64,000 nt of DNA, from the NCBI RefSeq assembly GCF_963921235.1, contig NC_086101.1, forward strand, positions 7,628,001 through 7,692,000, given 5' to 3'. The translations under genes and the position numbers were made by a program. The stretch's first letter is position 1, and each line of letters starts with the position of its first letter. Source of the stretch: Mobula hypostoma. Lineage: Eukaryota. The notes beneath the pieces are model-generated. The model had not been told where the DNA came from. It saw nothing but the letters and a program-made list of their open reading frames with translations, and made no database searches. Positions 51,021 to 63,350 of the stretch are shown in pieces.

Positions 51021-51069
51021 CCCCATCGCGGCTGATCGTCACTTCGTACAGATTACTTCCCTCGGACAT
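51021..51069 (-). CDS. TMEM268: Inferred first coding exon of TMEM268
   Basis: ATG at 51069-51067 in a CpG-rich segment, MSEGSNLYEVTISRDG plus 1 nt, then |gtgagt; phase 1 fits the downstream exons, giving 115 aa in frame across the four exons. Confidence 0.55.
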
Positions 51070-51400
51070 TGAAAAAGCGGCGCGGCGCAGCCGAACTTCA
51101 TCATGCCCAATGAACCCGCCTCCCTTCCCGCACGTCCTTCACGCTACTGGGTTGTCAAGGCGGAGCCTCCATGGATTGACATGCAGAAGCGGCTCTCGAT
51201 TGGCTCAATTGCATGTCAATTCACGGGACGCCAAGCTTGGTTGAAGCCAGGGTGAATGGGCAGACTAACGGGGAGGTGGAGAGGCGCGGCGGCCGCCAAT
51301 TCCTCTGCGTTTATTGGTTGTTAGCCTCGCGGGCAGGAGGATCAGCAGGGCATTTTGCCATTTGATTGGCTGAACATGGTGTCAGTCGAATGCGTGGCGA
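51070..51400 (-). promoter_or_regulatory. CpG-rich promoter / 5' UTR with clustered CCAAT boxes
   Basis: Locally high CpG density (gcggcgcggcgc, ggcgcggcggccgcc) and about five CCAAT/ATTGG motifs (near 51106, 51199, 51296, 51313, 51365) directly upstream of the inferred exon 1. Confidence 0.6.
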
Positions 51401-51564
51401 CAGGTCTCTGTGTGAGTACATGTTGTATTGTTCTCGTGCAATATTTAGGAATGAGTTGATTTGGGACGGTCTATGCGGTTTCCAAACAGGATATATTTCA
51501 AGGGTGTGAAGTCATTTTTGCAAGCAGAAATATGTTCCCAGAATCAGAGGCCGGTTAAACACAA

Positions 51565-51756
51565 ACAACAGGAATTCTGCAGATGCTGGAAATTCAAGCA
51601 ACGCACATCAAAGTTGCTGGTGAACGCAGCAGGCCAGGCAGCATCTCTAGGAAGAGGTACTGACGAGGGGTCTCGGCCCGAAACGTCGACTGTACCTCTT
51701 CCTAGAGATGCTGCCTGGCCTGCTGCGTTCACCAGCTACTTTGATGTGTGTTGCCA
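51565..51756 (+). mobile_element. Hairpin mini-PLE with an intact hammerhead core (51660-51691) in the loop
   Basis: ~63-bp inverted arms; loop CTGACGA-GGGGTCTCGGCCC-GAAA-CGTC-GACT; TSD gttaaacacaa (51554-51564, 51757-51767). Confidence 0.88.
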
Positions 51757-53329
51757 GTTAAACACAAGCAGTTCTGCCGATGCTGGAAATACACACAAAA
51801 TGCTGGAGGAACTCAGGTCGGGTGGACACTGTGGAAATAAATACAGTCGACGTTTCGGGTATTTTGCATCAGTAGCCACTTAATCTGTTGTAACCTCTTT
51901 GGCAAGCCGAACAGGTGTTCCTGCACCTCCTCCCTCACTACCAGTCCTCCCAGGTGAGACAGTGAGTCTGTTGAGGTTATACATGCTGTGTCCGATGCTC
52001 TCAGTGTGGCCTCCTGCACATTGGTGAGACCTGACGTAGACTGGGAGACTGCTTCGCCGAGCACCTATGCTCTGTCTGCCAGAAGAAATGGGCTCTCCCA
52101 GTGGCCACCCATTTTAATTCCACTTCCCATTCCGACATGTCAGTCCATGGCCTTCTCTACTGTCACGATGAGGCCACGCTCAGATTGGAGGCACAACACC
52201 TTATATTCCGTTTGGGTAGCCTCCAACCTGATGGCATGAACATCTATTTCTCAAAGTTCTAGTAATGCCCCCCCCCGTCCCCTTTTCCCTCTCTCACCTT
52301 ATCTCCTTCCCTGCCCATCACCTCCCTCTGGTGTTCCTCCCCCCTTTTCTTTCTTCCATGGTCTTCTGTTCTCTCCTATCGGACACCCTTCTCCAGCCCC
52401 GTATCTCCTTCACCAATGAACTCCCCAGATCTTTACTTCACCCCCCCCCCCACCACCCGACTACCTTCGATCCTCCAGACCTTATCCTTGACTCTCAGAC
52501 GTTGGCCTTCAGCTTTGGACTCCACCTTAGGATGCCAATCAAGGGTCTGACCATCAGGCCTCAACTTCCAGCTTTGCACAGACCTCCAAATAAATACCTA
52601 CAAAACGATGGCCATGGGACTTTTCGTGCAGACCCAGATCTTAGTTGAATATTTGGTAGGAATGATGGCCGCTCGATTGTCAGGCCCCCTCTCAGCTCTC
52701 TGGCGGACAGCCAAGTCTAGATGCTTCCTTGAGTTCCAGAGTGGGACTCAAAACACCACTCTTTTGATTCAGAGGAAAGAGTGCCGCCACAGAATCATGG
52801 CAGAGAGTTTTATTTTTGGCCTGAAGCAATTAGAAATCTATGGAACAGAGGACTGTGGAATAGAAGGCAAAACAAATGTGTTAGTTCTGGCCAGGTGGTG
52901 GAAAACATGGAGGGCATCGTTTTCTGAATGAAAGGTAAAAGTGGGCATAATGAAGGCTCTGCGAGTAATTTGCTAATCAGAGACCAATTCCAAATAAGAA
53001 CGTTCTGTGATGTGTTAGAGAATACTCTGGAGTTATGGGATACACAATATTGGATACTAATTCAAACACGATCCACTCCTCAGTTGTAATGTAAATGTAA
53101 TTAAGTTCAGAAAGCTTGCAAATAGCTTCCAGTTCTTATTATAAATTGGAATCAATGAATCAAAATTAAACTGGCTCACAGATGATGAGGTTGCATATGC
53201 AACCGCCAAATGTTAAGACAATGGGGTTGTGTTAATTGGCTTGCATCAACCCAGGCAACATAGCTAAGCTATTTGCACCATTGTGACTTGAGTTCAGGCC
53301 GGCAGACAAAATTGATGTACAAAAGTACA

Positions 53330-54075
53330 CAGTACAATGTAAATTTGTTATCAAAGTATAGAACCCTCAGATTTGTTTTCTTGCAAGCATTCATAGTAAA
53401 TTAAAGAAACATGATAGAATCAATGAAAGACCACATCCAACAGGACAGAAAACAACCAACATGCAAAAGACAACAAACTGTGCAAACACAAAAGAAAAAA
53501 AGAAATAATAATAAGCGAATAAGCAATAAATATCAAGAACATGAGCTGAAGAGTCCATAGGTTGTGTTAACAGTTCAGTCATGGGGCGAGTGAAATTATC
53601 CCCTCTGGTTCAAGAACCTGATGGTTGAGGGGTAATAACTGTTCCTGAACCTGGCGGTGTGAGTCCTGAGGCCTCTGTACTTTCTTTCTGATGGCAGCAG
53701 CGAGAAGAAAACATGGCCTGGATGGTGGGGGTTCTTGACGTGCGATGCTACCTTTCTGTGGCAGCACTCTGCATGGATGTGCTCAATGATGGAAAGAGTT
53801 TTACAGATGATGGACGGTAAGACTTTCCATTCAAGGGCATTGGTGTTTCCATACCAGGCCGTGATGCAAATAGTGAATATATCCTCCACCACAATTCTAT
53901 AGAAGTTTGACGAAGCTTTAGCTGTCATGCTGAATCTTCAGAAACTTCTGAGGAAGTAGAGGTGCTGCTGTGCTCTCTTCTTATTTGCACCCAAGACAGA
54001 CCTTCTGAAATGATAACACCGAGGGATTTAAAGCTGCTGACCCTCTCCGCCTCTGATCCCCCAGTGAGGACTGGC
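53330..54075 (-). mobile_element. Rex/Babar-type LINE 3' fragment
   Basis: NFYRIVVEDIFTICITAWYGN...HHPGHVFFSLLPSERKYR...RFRNSYYPSTIR; many similar 3' tails occur across the window. Confidence 0.8.
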
Positions 54076-55245
54076 TTATTGCAAGTACGTTTTTTTTTAG
54101 GTACTTATGCACATTTTATTCCATATCCGCCCTTTCAGCTCTAACTTTCAACAATTCATTATTCCCTACGTTGCTGTTTCCTCTTGCATGTCACACCACG
54201 ACCAACACACAACAGCAAATTCTGACTACATGTAAATGTATATGGGGAATAAAGTTGATCCTTGAAATCCTGTTGAACAGGATTGTTCAGATAGTATAAT
54301 TCCACATCTGGATATTTAACATGTTGAGCTGTTAATCTAAACCATGTTGTAGGGAGAAAGGACTGTGGAATATAGGGGAAGACTGGCCATGCTAACCCAG
54401 AGAGGAAAGGGAAAAAAACATGAACATATGTTAGTAAGAATGGGTATGGACAGTGGCAAGCATCAAATGAAGATATTTAGGTTTTGTGAACAGAGAAGAA
54501 CATAATTAAAAAACAATTTAAATACAAATTAACCTTGACAAATTCTATATTCCTGTGCAAAATACAAATAAAGTGACTGTAATTTAGCAAGAATCTGTCA
54601 GTTAGGCAGTCCGCTGGTTGTTGGGAGTCAGAAGTGAATAGGGATTTCAGAAAGGATGTCAGATGTAAGTTTTCAAGTTCAAATTTATTGTCATACAACC
54701 TTATACATATATACTTCCAAACGAAACAATGTTCCTCTGGACCAAGTTGCACAGCACAGTACGTATAACTCACACACAACACAAAGGTAATGTTACCACA
54801 AATAGATGAACAAATATTAAGAATGGTGGTGCATGGAAGGCACTGCTGAGGGTGGTGGTAATCACAGATATATCACAGACATTTTTAAGAGCCTCTTAGA
54901 TAGACACATGGATGATAGAAAAATGGACGGCTACGTGAGAAGGGTTCGATTGACCTCAGAGTAGGTTATGAGGTCAGCACAATATTGTAGGCTGAAGGGC
55001 CTGTATTGTTCTATATTCTAAATGCTGGAATGAACAGTGGTGAAATATTCTATTTACTTCAATACTGGCTGTCCGCACAAAGCATACTTTCCATAATTTT
55101 TACCACATAATAAATACAACAAACTGTAATGTACACTGCACAAGAACAAGCCAAAGAATAAATATTTGAGTTGATCACAATATAGTCCACAGAGAGGCTG
55201 ATTCCATTCTGGCCCTGGTGATGAGGGGCCACACGTGAAGCCCGC

Positions 55246-55419
55246 CTACATGTTGATGCGGTAATTGTGATGGATTTCGGGCTTGATGTCACACACCAGC
55301 GTCAGCAGTCGGCGCAGGACCTTCTCCTTGTTGCGGTGGTGACTGGCCTGCATCGCCTGGATCTTCTGGCACGTCAGCTGCTCGACCTCAGCTGCCAGGT
55401 TACCCTGCGACCCCATGAC
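55246..55419 (-). CDS. Terminal coding exon of a V-type H+-ATPase V1 subunit G gene (ATP6V1G family; paralog unresolved); upstream exons not found in the window
   Basis: Acceptor tctgctctttccggacaag| followed by 57 codons plus stop: VMGSQGNLAAEVEQLTCQKIQAMQASHHRNKEKVLRRLLTLVCDIKPEIHHNYRINM*. Matches the recalled subunit G C-terminus (VCD[IMV][KR]PEIHxNYR) and the length of the vertebrate last exon. Confidence 0.93.
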   Translation of the reverse strand, partial: VMGSQGNLAAEVEQLTCQKIQAMQASHHRNKEKVLRRLLTLVCDIKPEIHHNYRINM

Positions 55420-58400
55420 CTTGTCCGGAAAGAGCAGAGGCAAAGATCAGATTCAGGACAACAGAGGGGATCAGAAAGTGTAAACGCTCATCACGTAAAA
55501 CTATGTTCTCCTTGACTTTTGTTTCAACATTCAAACCTTTTCAAAATCCATAGATCCCTCTTGCAAAAAGCCTTCTTCACGACCCTGTCTACTTGCGACA
55601 TTACTTTCAAGGAACCATGTACATTTACTCCCTGTACTACGACACTACCATTGATTGTGAAAGTCCTAATCTGATTTGCCCTCCCAAAATACAACATCTC
55701 ACTCTATCCGAATTAAACTCCATTTGCCGTTCCTTGGCCCACTTACCCATTTGCTGTGCAAGTTGATAGGGTAGTTAAGAAGGCATATCAAGAAGTGTTA
55801 TGTTAAAATTATTTTACATTTATTTGGAGATACAATGCATTAACAGGTATTTCCAGCCCAACGTGCTCATGCTGACAAATAACCCCATGCGTCCAATTAA
55901 CCTAATAACCCTAACCAGTACTCCTGTAGAATGTGGGAGGCAATTGCAGTACCCAGAGGAAGCCCATGCAGTCATGGCGAGAACATACAAATTGGTTACA
56001 GGCAGTCGTGGGAAATGAAAGTCGGGTCACTGCCGCTGTAGAACATTACGCTACTGTACCTCCCAGCTCTGTAAAGCCCTGGTTAGACCACCCTTGGAGT
56101 GCAGGATTGTGTTCCGTTCTGGTCGCCTCGCTATAGGAAGGATGTGGAGGCTTTAGAGAGGGTGCAGAGGAGATCTACCAGGATGCTAGTGAACATTTCT
56201 AATTCTAATTAGGGAACTTGAGTCAGCTAAGACTTTTCTCTTTGGAGTGAGAAGGACGAGAGGTGTACGAGATGAATGGATAGCCATGGACTTGTTATCC
56301 CAGGGCAGAAATGGCTAATGCGAGTGGGCCAGGATTTTAAGGTGATTGGTGGAAAGGGGAGATATTGGAGGTATTTTGTTTTTTATATAGTGTGGTGGGT
56401 GTGTGGAATGCCCTGCCAGGGTTGGTGGTAGAGGCAGATATATTAGAGACATTTAGGAAAATCTTAGACGAACACATGGATAATAGAAAAATGGAAGGCC
56501 ATGTGGGAGGGAAGGGTTACATTGATCTGCAAGTTGACTAAAAAAATCAGCATAACATCCTGAGCTGAACGGCTGTGCTATGCTGTTCTATATTCTAACC
56601 AGCAGATCAGGCGGTATCAATGGAGAGGAATAAACAGCCGATAATTTGGGCCAAGACACACGAGATCCACATCAGGAGTCCTCATCCACAGATGCTGCCT
56701 GACCTGTTGTGTTCCTCCAACGATATGTGTGAATGTTACTCCGGATTTCCAGTATCTGCAGAATCTCTTCTGTTCAAGCTTTATTTGACAGTTGTACTCT
56801 GAAACATTGAAAGCTACAGCGAAAATGCAGTCCTTTCCTGGTTTGCCATACGCTGTTATCTCAACGACCAACAAAGTCCGAGTATATGTTTGGGGCATGT
56901 TGCCAGGCTTCCAGCGCCAACATGGTATGCCCACATCTTACTAACCCTAACCTGTATGCTTTTGGATTGTGGGAGGAAACCAGAGTACCTGGAGGAAATC
57001 CACATGGTCACGAAGAGCAGGACAAACTGAACCCCGATCACTGGTGCTTTAAAACGTTGTGCTAGCCACTATACTACAGTGTCAACTCCACAAGTGGCTC
57101 GCGACACAACTTTTTTGGAATTTTTCATTTGCACTGCATTTGCCTTGGGATGTTGCCCTGCGATATCGTGTCTGAATACCTGTTATTCAATGTTTGTACC
57201 CCGAGGCCAAGTCTGGCAGGCAATCTCAGCATGACCTTTGACCAGAACTGTCAAGTGCTTTTCACCCTCAAATAACTGAATGGCATATCACGACTGCTCT
57301 TTCCTCAATAGACAATAGACAATAGATGCAGGAGTAGGCTATTCGGCCCTTTGAGCCAGCACCACCATTCATTGTGATCATGGCTGATTATCCACAATCA
57401 GTATCCAGTTCCTGCCTTATCCCCATATCCCTTGACTCCGCTATCTTTAAGAGCTCTATCTAACTCTTTCTTGAAAACATCCAAAGAATTGGCCTCCACT
57501 GCCTCCTGAGGCAGAGCATTCCACAGATCCACAACTCTCTGGGTGAAAAACCTTTTCCTCAACTCTGTTCTAAATGGCCTGTCCCTTATTCTTAAACTGT
57601 GGCCTCTGGTTCTGGACTCCCCAAAAATTGGGAACATGTTTCCTCAGAGGCAGACAAGTCTGGTGTTTGCAGCAATCGTATTTACATCAGATATTTCTTC
57701 ACTAACCTTCACAAACCACGGGACTGTGATCAGAAAACAGCAAACAGGATTATTTGTTCTTGTCCAGAAGAATAACAAGGATTGGATTAGGTTGGATTGT
57801 TCTTTCTCTACAATCATCAGTCTGCAGAAGCCTCAGGTGTCACACCACCACGTTCTGGAACAGTTATAATCTTATAACCATCAGGCTCTTGAACCAGGAT
57901 GGATAACTTCACTCACCACAACTCTAAACTGATTCCATCACCAGCAGACTCACTGACAAGGCCTCTGCAGCTCACGTGCTCAGAATTATTTATTTTATTT
58001 GAACATTTTTACTTCTTGTGCACATTATCGCATTATAGTTTTTATATAAATTTATTTTCCTGTGAATGCCTGCAAGAAAATGAATCTTAAGGTGATGTAT
58101 AGTATTGTATATGTTCCTTGATAATAAGTTTACTCTGACTTTGACATAACTATGTGTAAAACCTGTGTGATTCATAAGAATATAAGAACTAAGAAACAGG
58201 AGCAGGAGAAGGCCGCCTGGTATATCGAACCTGCTCTGCCATTCAATAAGATCATGGCTGATCTGACCATGGGATCATCTCCACCTACCTGCCTTGGTGA
58301 ACCTCCTCTGCACCACCTCCAAAGCCAGTATATCCTTCCTCATGTACGGAGACCAGAACTGCACACAGTACTCCAGGTGTGGCCTCACCAGTTCCCTTTA

Positions 58401-58959
58401 CAGTTGCAGCATAATCTCCCTGCTCTTAGATTCAATCCCTCCAGCAATGAAGGCCAACACTCCATTTGCTTTCTTGACAGTTTGCTGCGCCCAGAAACCA
58501 GCCTTTTGCGGTTAATGCACAAGCACTCCCAAGTCCTTCTGCACAGCAGTGTGCTGCAATCTTTCACCAGTTAAATAATAATCTGATCTTCCATTTTCCC
58601 TTCCAAAGTGGATGATCTCGCATTTACCAACATTGTACTCCAACTGCCAGACCCTTGCCCACTCATATAACCTATCTATATCTCTCTGCAGACTCTCCGT
58701 ATCCTCTGCACAATTTGCTTTTCCACTCAATTTATTGTCATTAGCAAACTTAGATACACTTCGGTCCCCTCTTCCAGTTTCAAACTTTCGATGTGTTTGT
58801 TCGTTTGTTTGTTTATTTAGAGATATAGTGCAGTAACAGGCCCTCTGGCCCAATGAGTCCGTGCCAAACAAATACTCCTGTGTGACCAATATACCCACAA
58901 CCATCTGTGGTACTGAATTCTACAGATTCACCACCCTCTGCTGAAAGAAATTCCTCAGA

Positions 58960-61055
58960 GATGAGTGGACTTTCCTCTGTTGTGCCAGAGGTCTGCGAAT
59001 GTCAGGGAGCCATTACTATTACAATGGAAAAAGTGCTAGGGAACCTCAGAGGTCTTAAGGTGGATAAGTCACCTGGACCAGATGGACTATATCCCAGAGT
59101 CTTGAGAGAGGTTGCTGAAGAAATAATGGATGCATTGCTCATGATCTTTCAAGAATAACTTGATTCTGGCATGGTCCCAGAGGAGTGGAAGGGAGCAAAG
59201 TTAAAAAAAAGGAAATTATAGGTCACACACATCAAAGTTGCTGGTGAATGCAGCAGGCCAGGCAGCATTTCTAGGGTACAGTCGACGTTTCAGGCCGAGG
59301 GTGTGTTGCTTGAATTTCCAGCATCTGCAGAATTCCTGTTGTTTGCAGAAATTATAGGTCAGTTAGCTAAACCTCATGGGTTGGGAAAGCGTTGGAGTCT
59401 ATTATTAAGGATGAGATTAAGGAGACTAATGATAAAATAAGTCAAAGTCAGCATGGTTTCTGTCAAGGTAAATAACAAGCAGGGTAGACAAAGGAGAAAC
59501 AGTGGATGTCATTTACTTGGATTTGCAGAAGGCATTTGATAAGGTGCCACACACGTGGCTGCTTAACAAGATAAAATCCTGTGGCGTTACAGGAAACATA
59601 CTGGCATTGATAGAAGATTGGCTGTCAGGCAGAAGGCAGGGAGAAGGAATAAAACCTTTTCTGATTGGCTGCCAGTGACTCATGGTGTTCATCAGGGGTC
59701 AGTATTGGGACCACTACTTTTCACATTGTCAGTGATTTAGATAATGGAATTGATGACTTTGTGGCAAAGTTTGTGGATGATACAAATATAGGTGAAGGGG
59801 TAGGTAGTGCTGAGAAAGCAATGCAATTGCAGCAGAACTTAGACAAATTAGAAGAATGGTCAAAAGAGTAGCAAGTGGAATACAGTGTTACGAAATGTAC
59901 GATAATACATTTTGGTAAAAGGAACAATAGTGCAGACTATTATCTGAATGGGGAGAAGATGTGCAGAGGGACTTGGGAGTCCTCATACAAGACTCCCAGA
60001 AGGTTAATTTACAGATTGAGTCTGTGGTAAAGAAGGCAAATGCAATGCTGGCAATTATTTCAAGAGCAATAGAATATAAAAGCAAGGAGATAATGTTGAG
60101 CCTTTATAAGACACTAGTCAGGCCACACTTGGAATATTGTCAACAGTTTTGGGCCCCATATCTCAGAAAGGATGTGCTGCCTTTGGAGAGAGTCCAGAGG
60201 AGATTCACAAAGATGATTCCAGGAATGAAGGGTTTAACATATGAGGAGCGTTTGGCAGCTTTAGGCCTGTACTCACTGGAATTTAGAAGAGTCCGTGGGG
60301 ATCTAATTGAAACCTACTGAATGTTAAAATGACCAGATAGGGTGGTTGTGGAGAGGATGTTTCCTATGGTGCAGACAGCCCAGCGCATCTGTAGTTGTGA
60401 ACTTCCCATGATTCAGGACATTTACAAGGACAGGTGTGTAAAAAGGGCCCGTAGGATCACTGGGGACCCAAGCCACCCCAACCACAATCTATTCCAGCTG
60501 CTACCATCCGGGAAGCGGTACCGCAGCATAAAAGCCAGAACCAACAGGCTCCAGGACAGCTTCTTCCACCAGGCCATCAGACTGATGAACTCACGCTGAC
60601 TTAAGTGTACACTGTGTTACATTGACTGTTCTATTTATTATAAATTACTATGATTGCACATCGCACATTTAGATGGAGACATAATGTAAAGATTTTTATT
60701 CCTCATGTATGTGAAGGATGTAAGAAATAAAGTCAATTCAATTCAAAATCCAGAACTAGAAGGTACAGCCTCAAAATTGAGGGGCGAACTTTTAGAACAG
60801 AGGTAAGAAGGAATTTTTTTAACCAGAGAATATTGAATCTGTGGAATGCTCTGCCACAGACTGTGATGGAGGCCAGGTCTGTGAGTATATTTAAGGCAGA
60901 AGTTGATAGTTTCCTGATCTGTCAGGGCATCAAAGGATATGGCAAGCAGGCAGGTGTCTGGGATTGAGTGGGATTGGGGATCAGCGATGATGGAATGGCG
61001 GAGCAGACTCGATGGGCTGAATGGCCTAATTCTGCTCCTATGTCTTATGGTCTTA
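58960..61055 (+). mobile_element. Decayed CR1 ORF2 and 3' UTR with nested mini-PLE (59226-59347) and Rex fragment (about 60369-60745)
   Basis: [42 protein letters not shown]; mini-PLE has a 14-bp TSD gaaattataggtca (59212-59225, 59348-59361). Confidence 0.88.
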
Positions 61056-61639
61056 TTCTGAGGTTGTGCCCTCTGGGCCTAGACTCCCCAGAAGTGTCCT
61101 CTCCATAACCACTCATTCCAGTCCTTTCAATATTTGATAGGTTTCCTTGAGAATCCCCCATTATTCTTTTAAACTTCATCAAGTACAGGCCCAGAGCCAT
61201 CAAATGTTTCTCCTGCGTTAACCACTACCTCACTTGCCTTGCTTCCTTTTTGCTCTACTTATTTATTTTAATTTATATAATATCTCTTTTTGTAATTGAG
61301 AGCTTTTAGTATCATGTATTGCAGTGTACAGCTACCACTAAGCAACAAATCTCACAACTCACGCCAGTGATATTAAACCTGATTCTGATCATTCTCCTCC
61401 GGATCCGAACCCCCCCCCCCCCATGTATGCTCATCTTTTCTTTGATAGGTGGCCGACAACCGTTCACAATACTCCAAGTGCCTAATAAAGCACCAGCATC
61501 ATATCCCTGCTTTTACATTCTGTCCTTCATTCGGCCATATAGTTCCAAATTCCTGCCACCTTTTGTGTATTGAGTGTTTTTTTTTCATTTTTAAAATCTT
61601 TTTATTGATACATAATCTTCTACAGCTTTAAAATGGTAC

Positions 61640-62680
61640 AAGATTACAGCAAATTAATATATATACAGTTAATAAACCTGAAAAAAAACATCAAAAAGAA
61701 TAATATGATAATGAAAAAAATATTTTTTATAAGGGAAAGAAGGAGAAAGAGAACCCCAACTACTAAAAGAGAGAAAAAAACCCAGTAACTACAAGAGAAA
61801 GAAAAGGAAAAAAAGAGAGAAAGAAAAAACCCATTAGGAACCAACTCCCGGAGCAACACGACTTACAATCATCTATATAAATAAAGAAGAAAAATCATCA
61901 ACCACCAATTCACATTTATATAAAATAAGATTGGAAGGAAACCATATAAATTAATTCAAATTAAATGATAATATTTGGCAAAAGAGCCCCATCTTCTCTC
62001 AAAATCAAATCGAGGATCAAAAGTTCTACTTCTAATTTTTTCCAAGCTAAGATATGACATTACTTGAGAAAACCATTGAATTAACGTAGGGATAGAGGTA
62101 TCTTTCCATTTCAATAAAATATCCCTTCTTGCCAACAATGTGACAAATGCAGTTACACGTTGGTCTGAAGATGAAATACCCTAAATGTTATGCGGAACTA
62201 TTCCAAATAAGGCAGTCAATGTATTAGGTTGTAAATTAATTTTCAGGGCTTTAGAAATTAAAGATTTCCAAAAAGATTTTAATGAAGAACATGACTAGAA
62301 CACATGTGACAAAGTGGCTACTTCAGTTTTACACCTATCACAATAATTGTCTATGTTAGGAAATATTTTAGATAATCGCTCCTTTGTTAAATAATAACAG
62401 TGAACAATTTTAAATTGAATTAAACAGCGATTGGCACATATCGAAGAAGAATTAATCATTTTCAAAACTGGCAACCAATCTTCATTAACAAAGGTCATAT
62501 TAAGTTCTCTCTCCCAATCTTGTTTAATCTTTAGTGAGAAGTTATCTTTTTGTAGTAAAAATAAATTATAAATTCTACCAATGGAACCTCTTGAGCATTT
62601 CATAACTTTATTCCTGAAAAGTGTGTTGCCTTGTTGGATAACGTCCAACTGCTCCTTACCACATCAATTCCTTCCTGTAA
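61640..62680 (-). mobile_element. L1-clade LINE 3' end (ORF2 C-terminal zinc-binding region and 3' UTR)
   Basis: WERELN...SSSICANRCLIQFKIVHCYYLTKERLSKIFP...CDRCK...ATLSHVF; LARRDILLKWK...LSLEKI. Confidence 0.85.
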
Positions 62681-62989
62681 GGACAATTAAGGTGAAAGGA
62701 GTTCAGTTCGAAAGCCATGTGAGGGGCGTTTGTTTTACACGGAGAGTGGTGGAATGCACTGCCTGGGATGGGGTAGAGGCAGGTACACCAGAAACTTCTA
62801 AAAGACACTTAGGTCAGCACAGGAATGTCAGAAAGATGGACGGATATTGACATTGTGTAGGCAGAAGGGATTAGTTTAGTTGGCCATTTGATTACTAATT
62901 TATTTGGTCCAGCACAACGTTATGGGCTGAATGACCTGTCCTTGTGCTGTTCTGTTCCATGTTCTAACATGTCATCTCCAACGTACGCT

Positions 62990-63350
62990 GCCGTCAGGGT
63001 GGAGTGGTGGGGCAGGGATGGTCACCCACCTCTTTGCAGGCTGTGCATGTGTGAAGCGGATCTGGAAGTGGATGCAAGTCCCCGTGTCACAGTTCATCCC
63101 TGCCTGCTGCCCCACAGAGGACTCTCCGATCTATGCACTGACACACAGGGACGGACGTCCAGTGCTGCCGGCAGATCATCAACTCAGTGACAGGTACCTT
63201 CGGGCTGCCCGAAACTTGCTGGTCTGCCAGCACTGCCAGATGTCCGCAGGAGGGTGTGCTGAACGACAGACTGGATCTCGGTGCGGCCAGTACAAAGACT
63301 CAGCAGGGAAGGATCCCAGTCAGGGCTCCTTCTGCCACTGCAGGTGGAGG
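62990..63350 (+). mobile_element. Tx1-like LINE C-terminal remnant
   Basis: VTHLFAGC..VKRIWKWMQ..VSQFIP...TEDSPIY and ARNLLVCQH resemble Tx1-type ORF2 C-termini. Confidence 0.6.
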
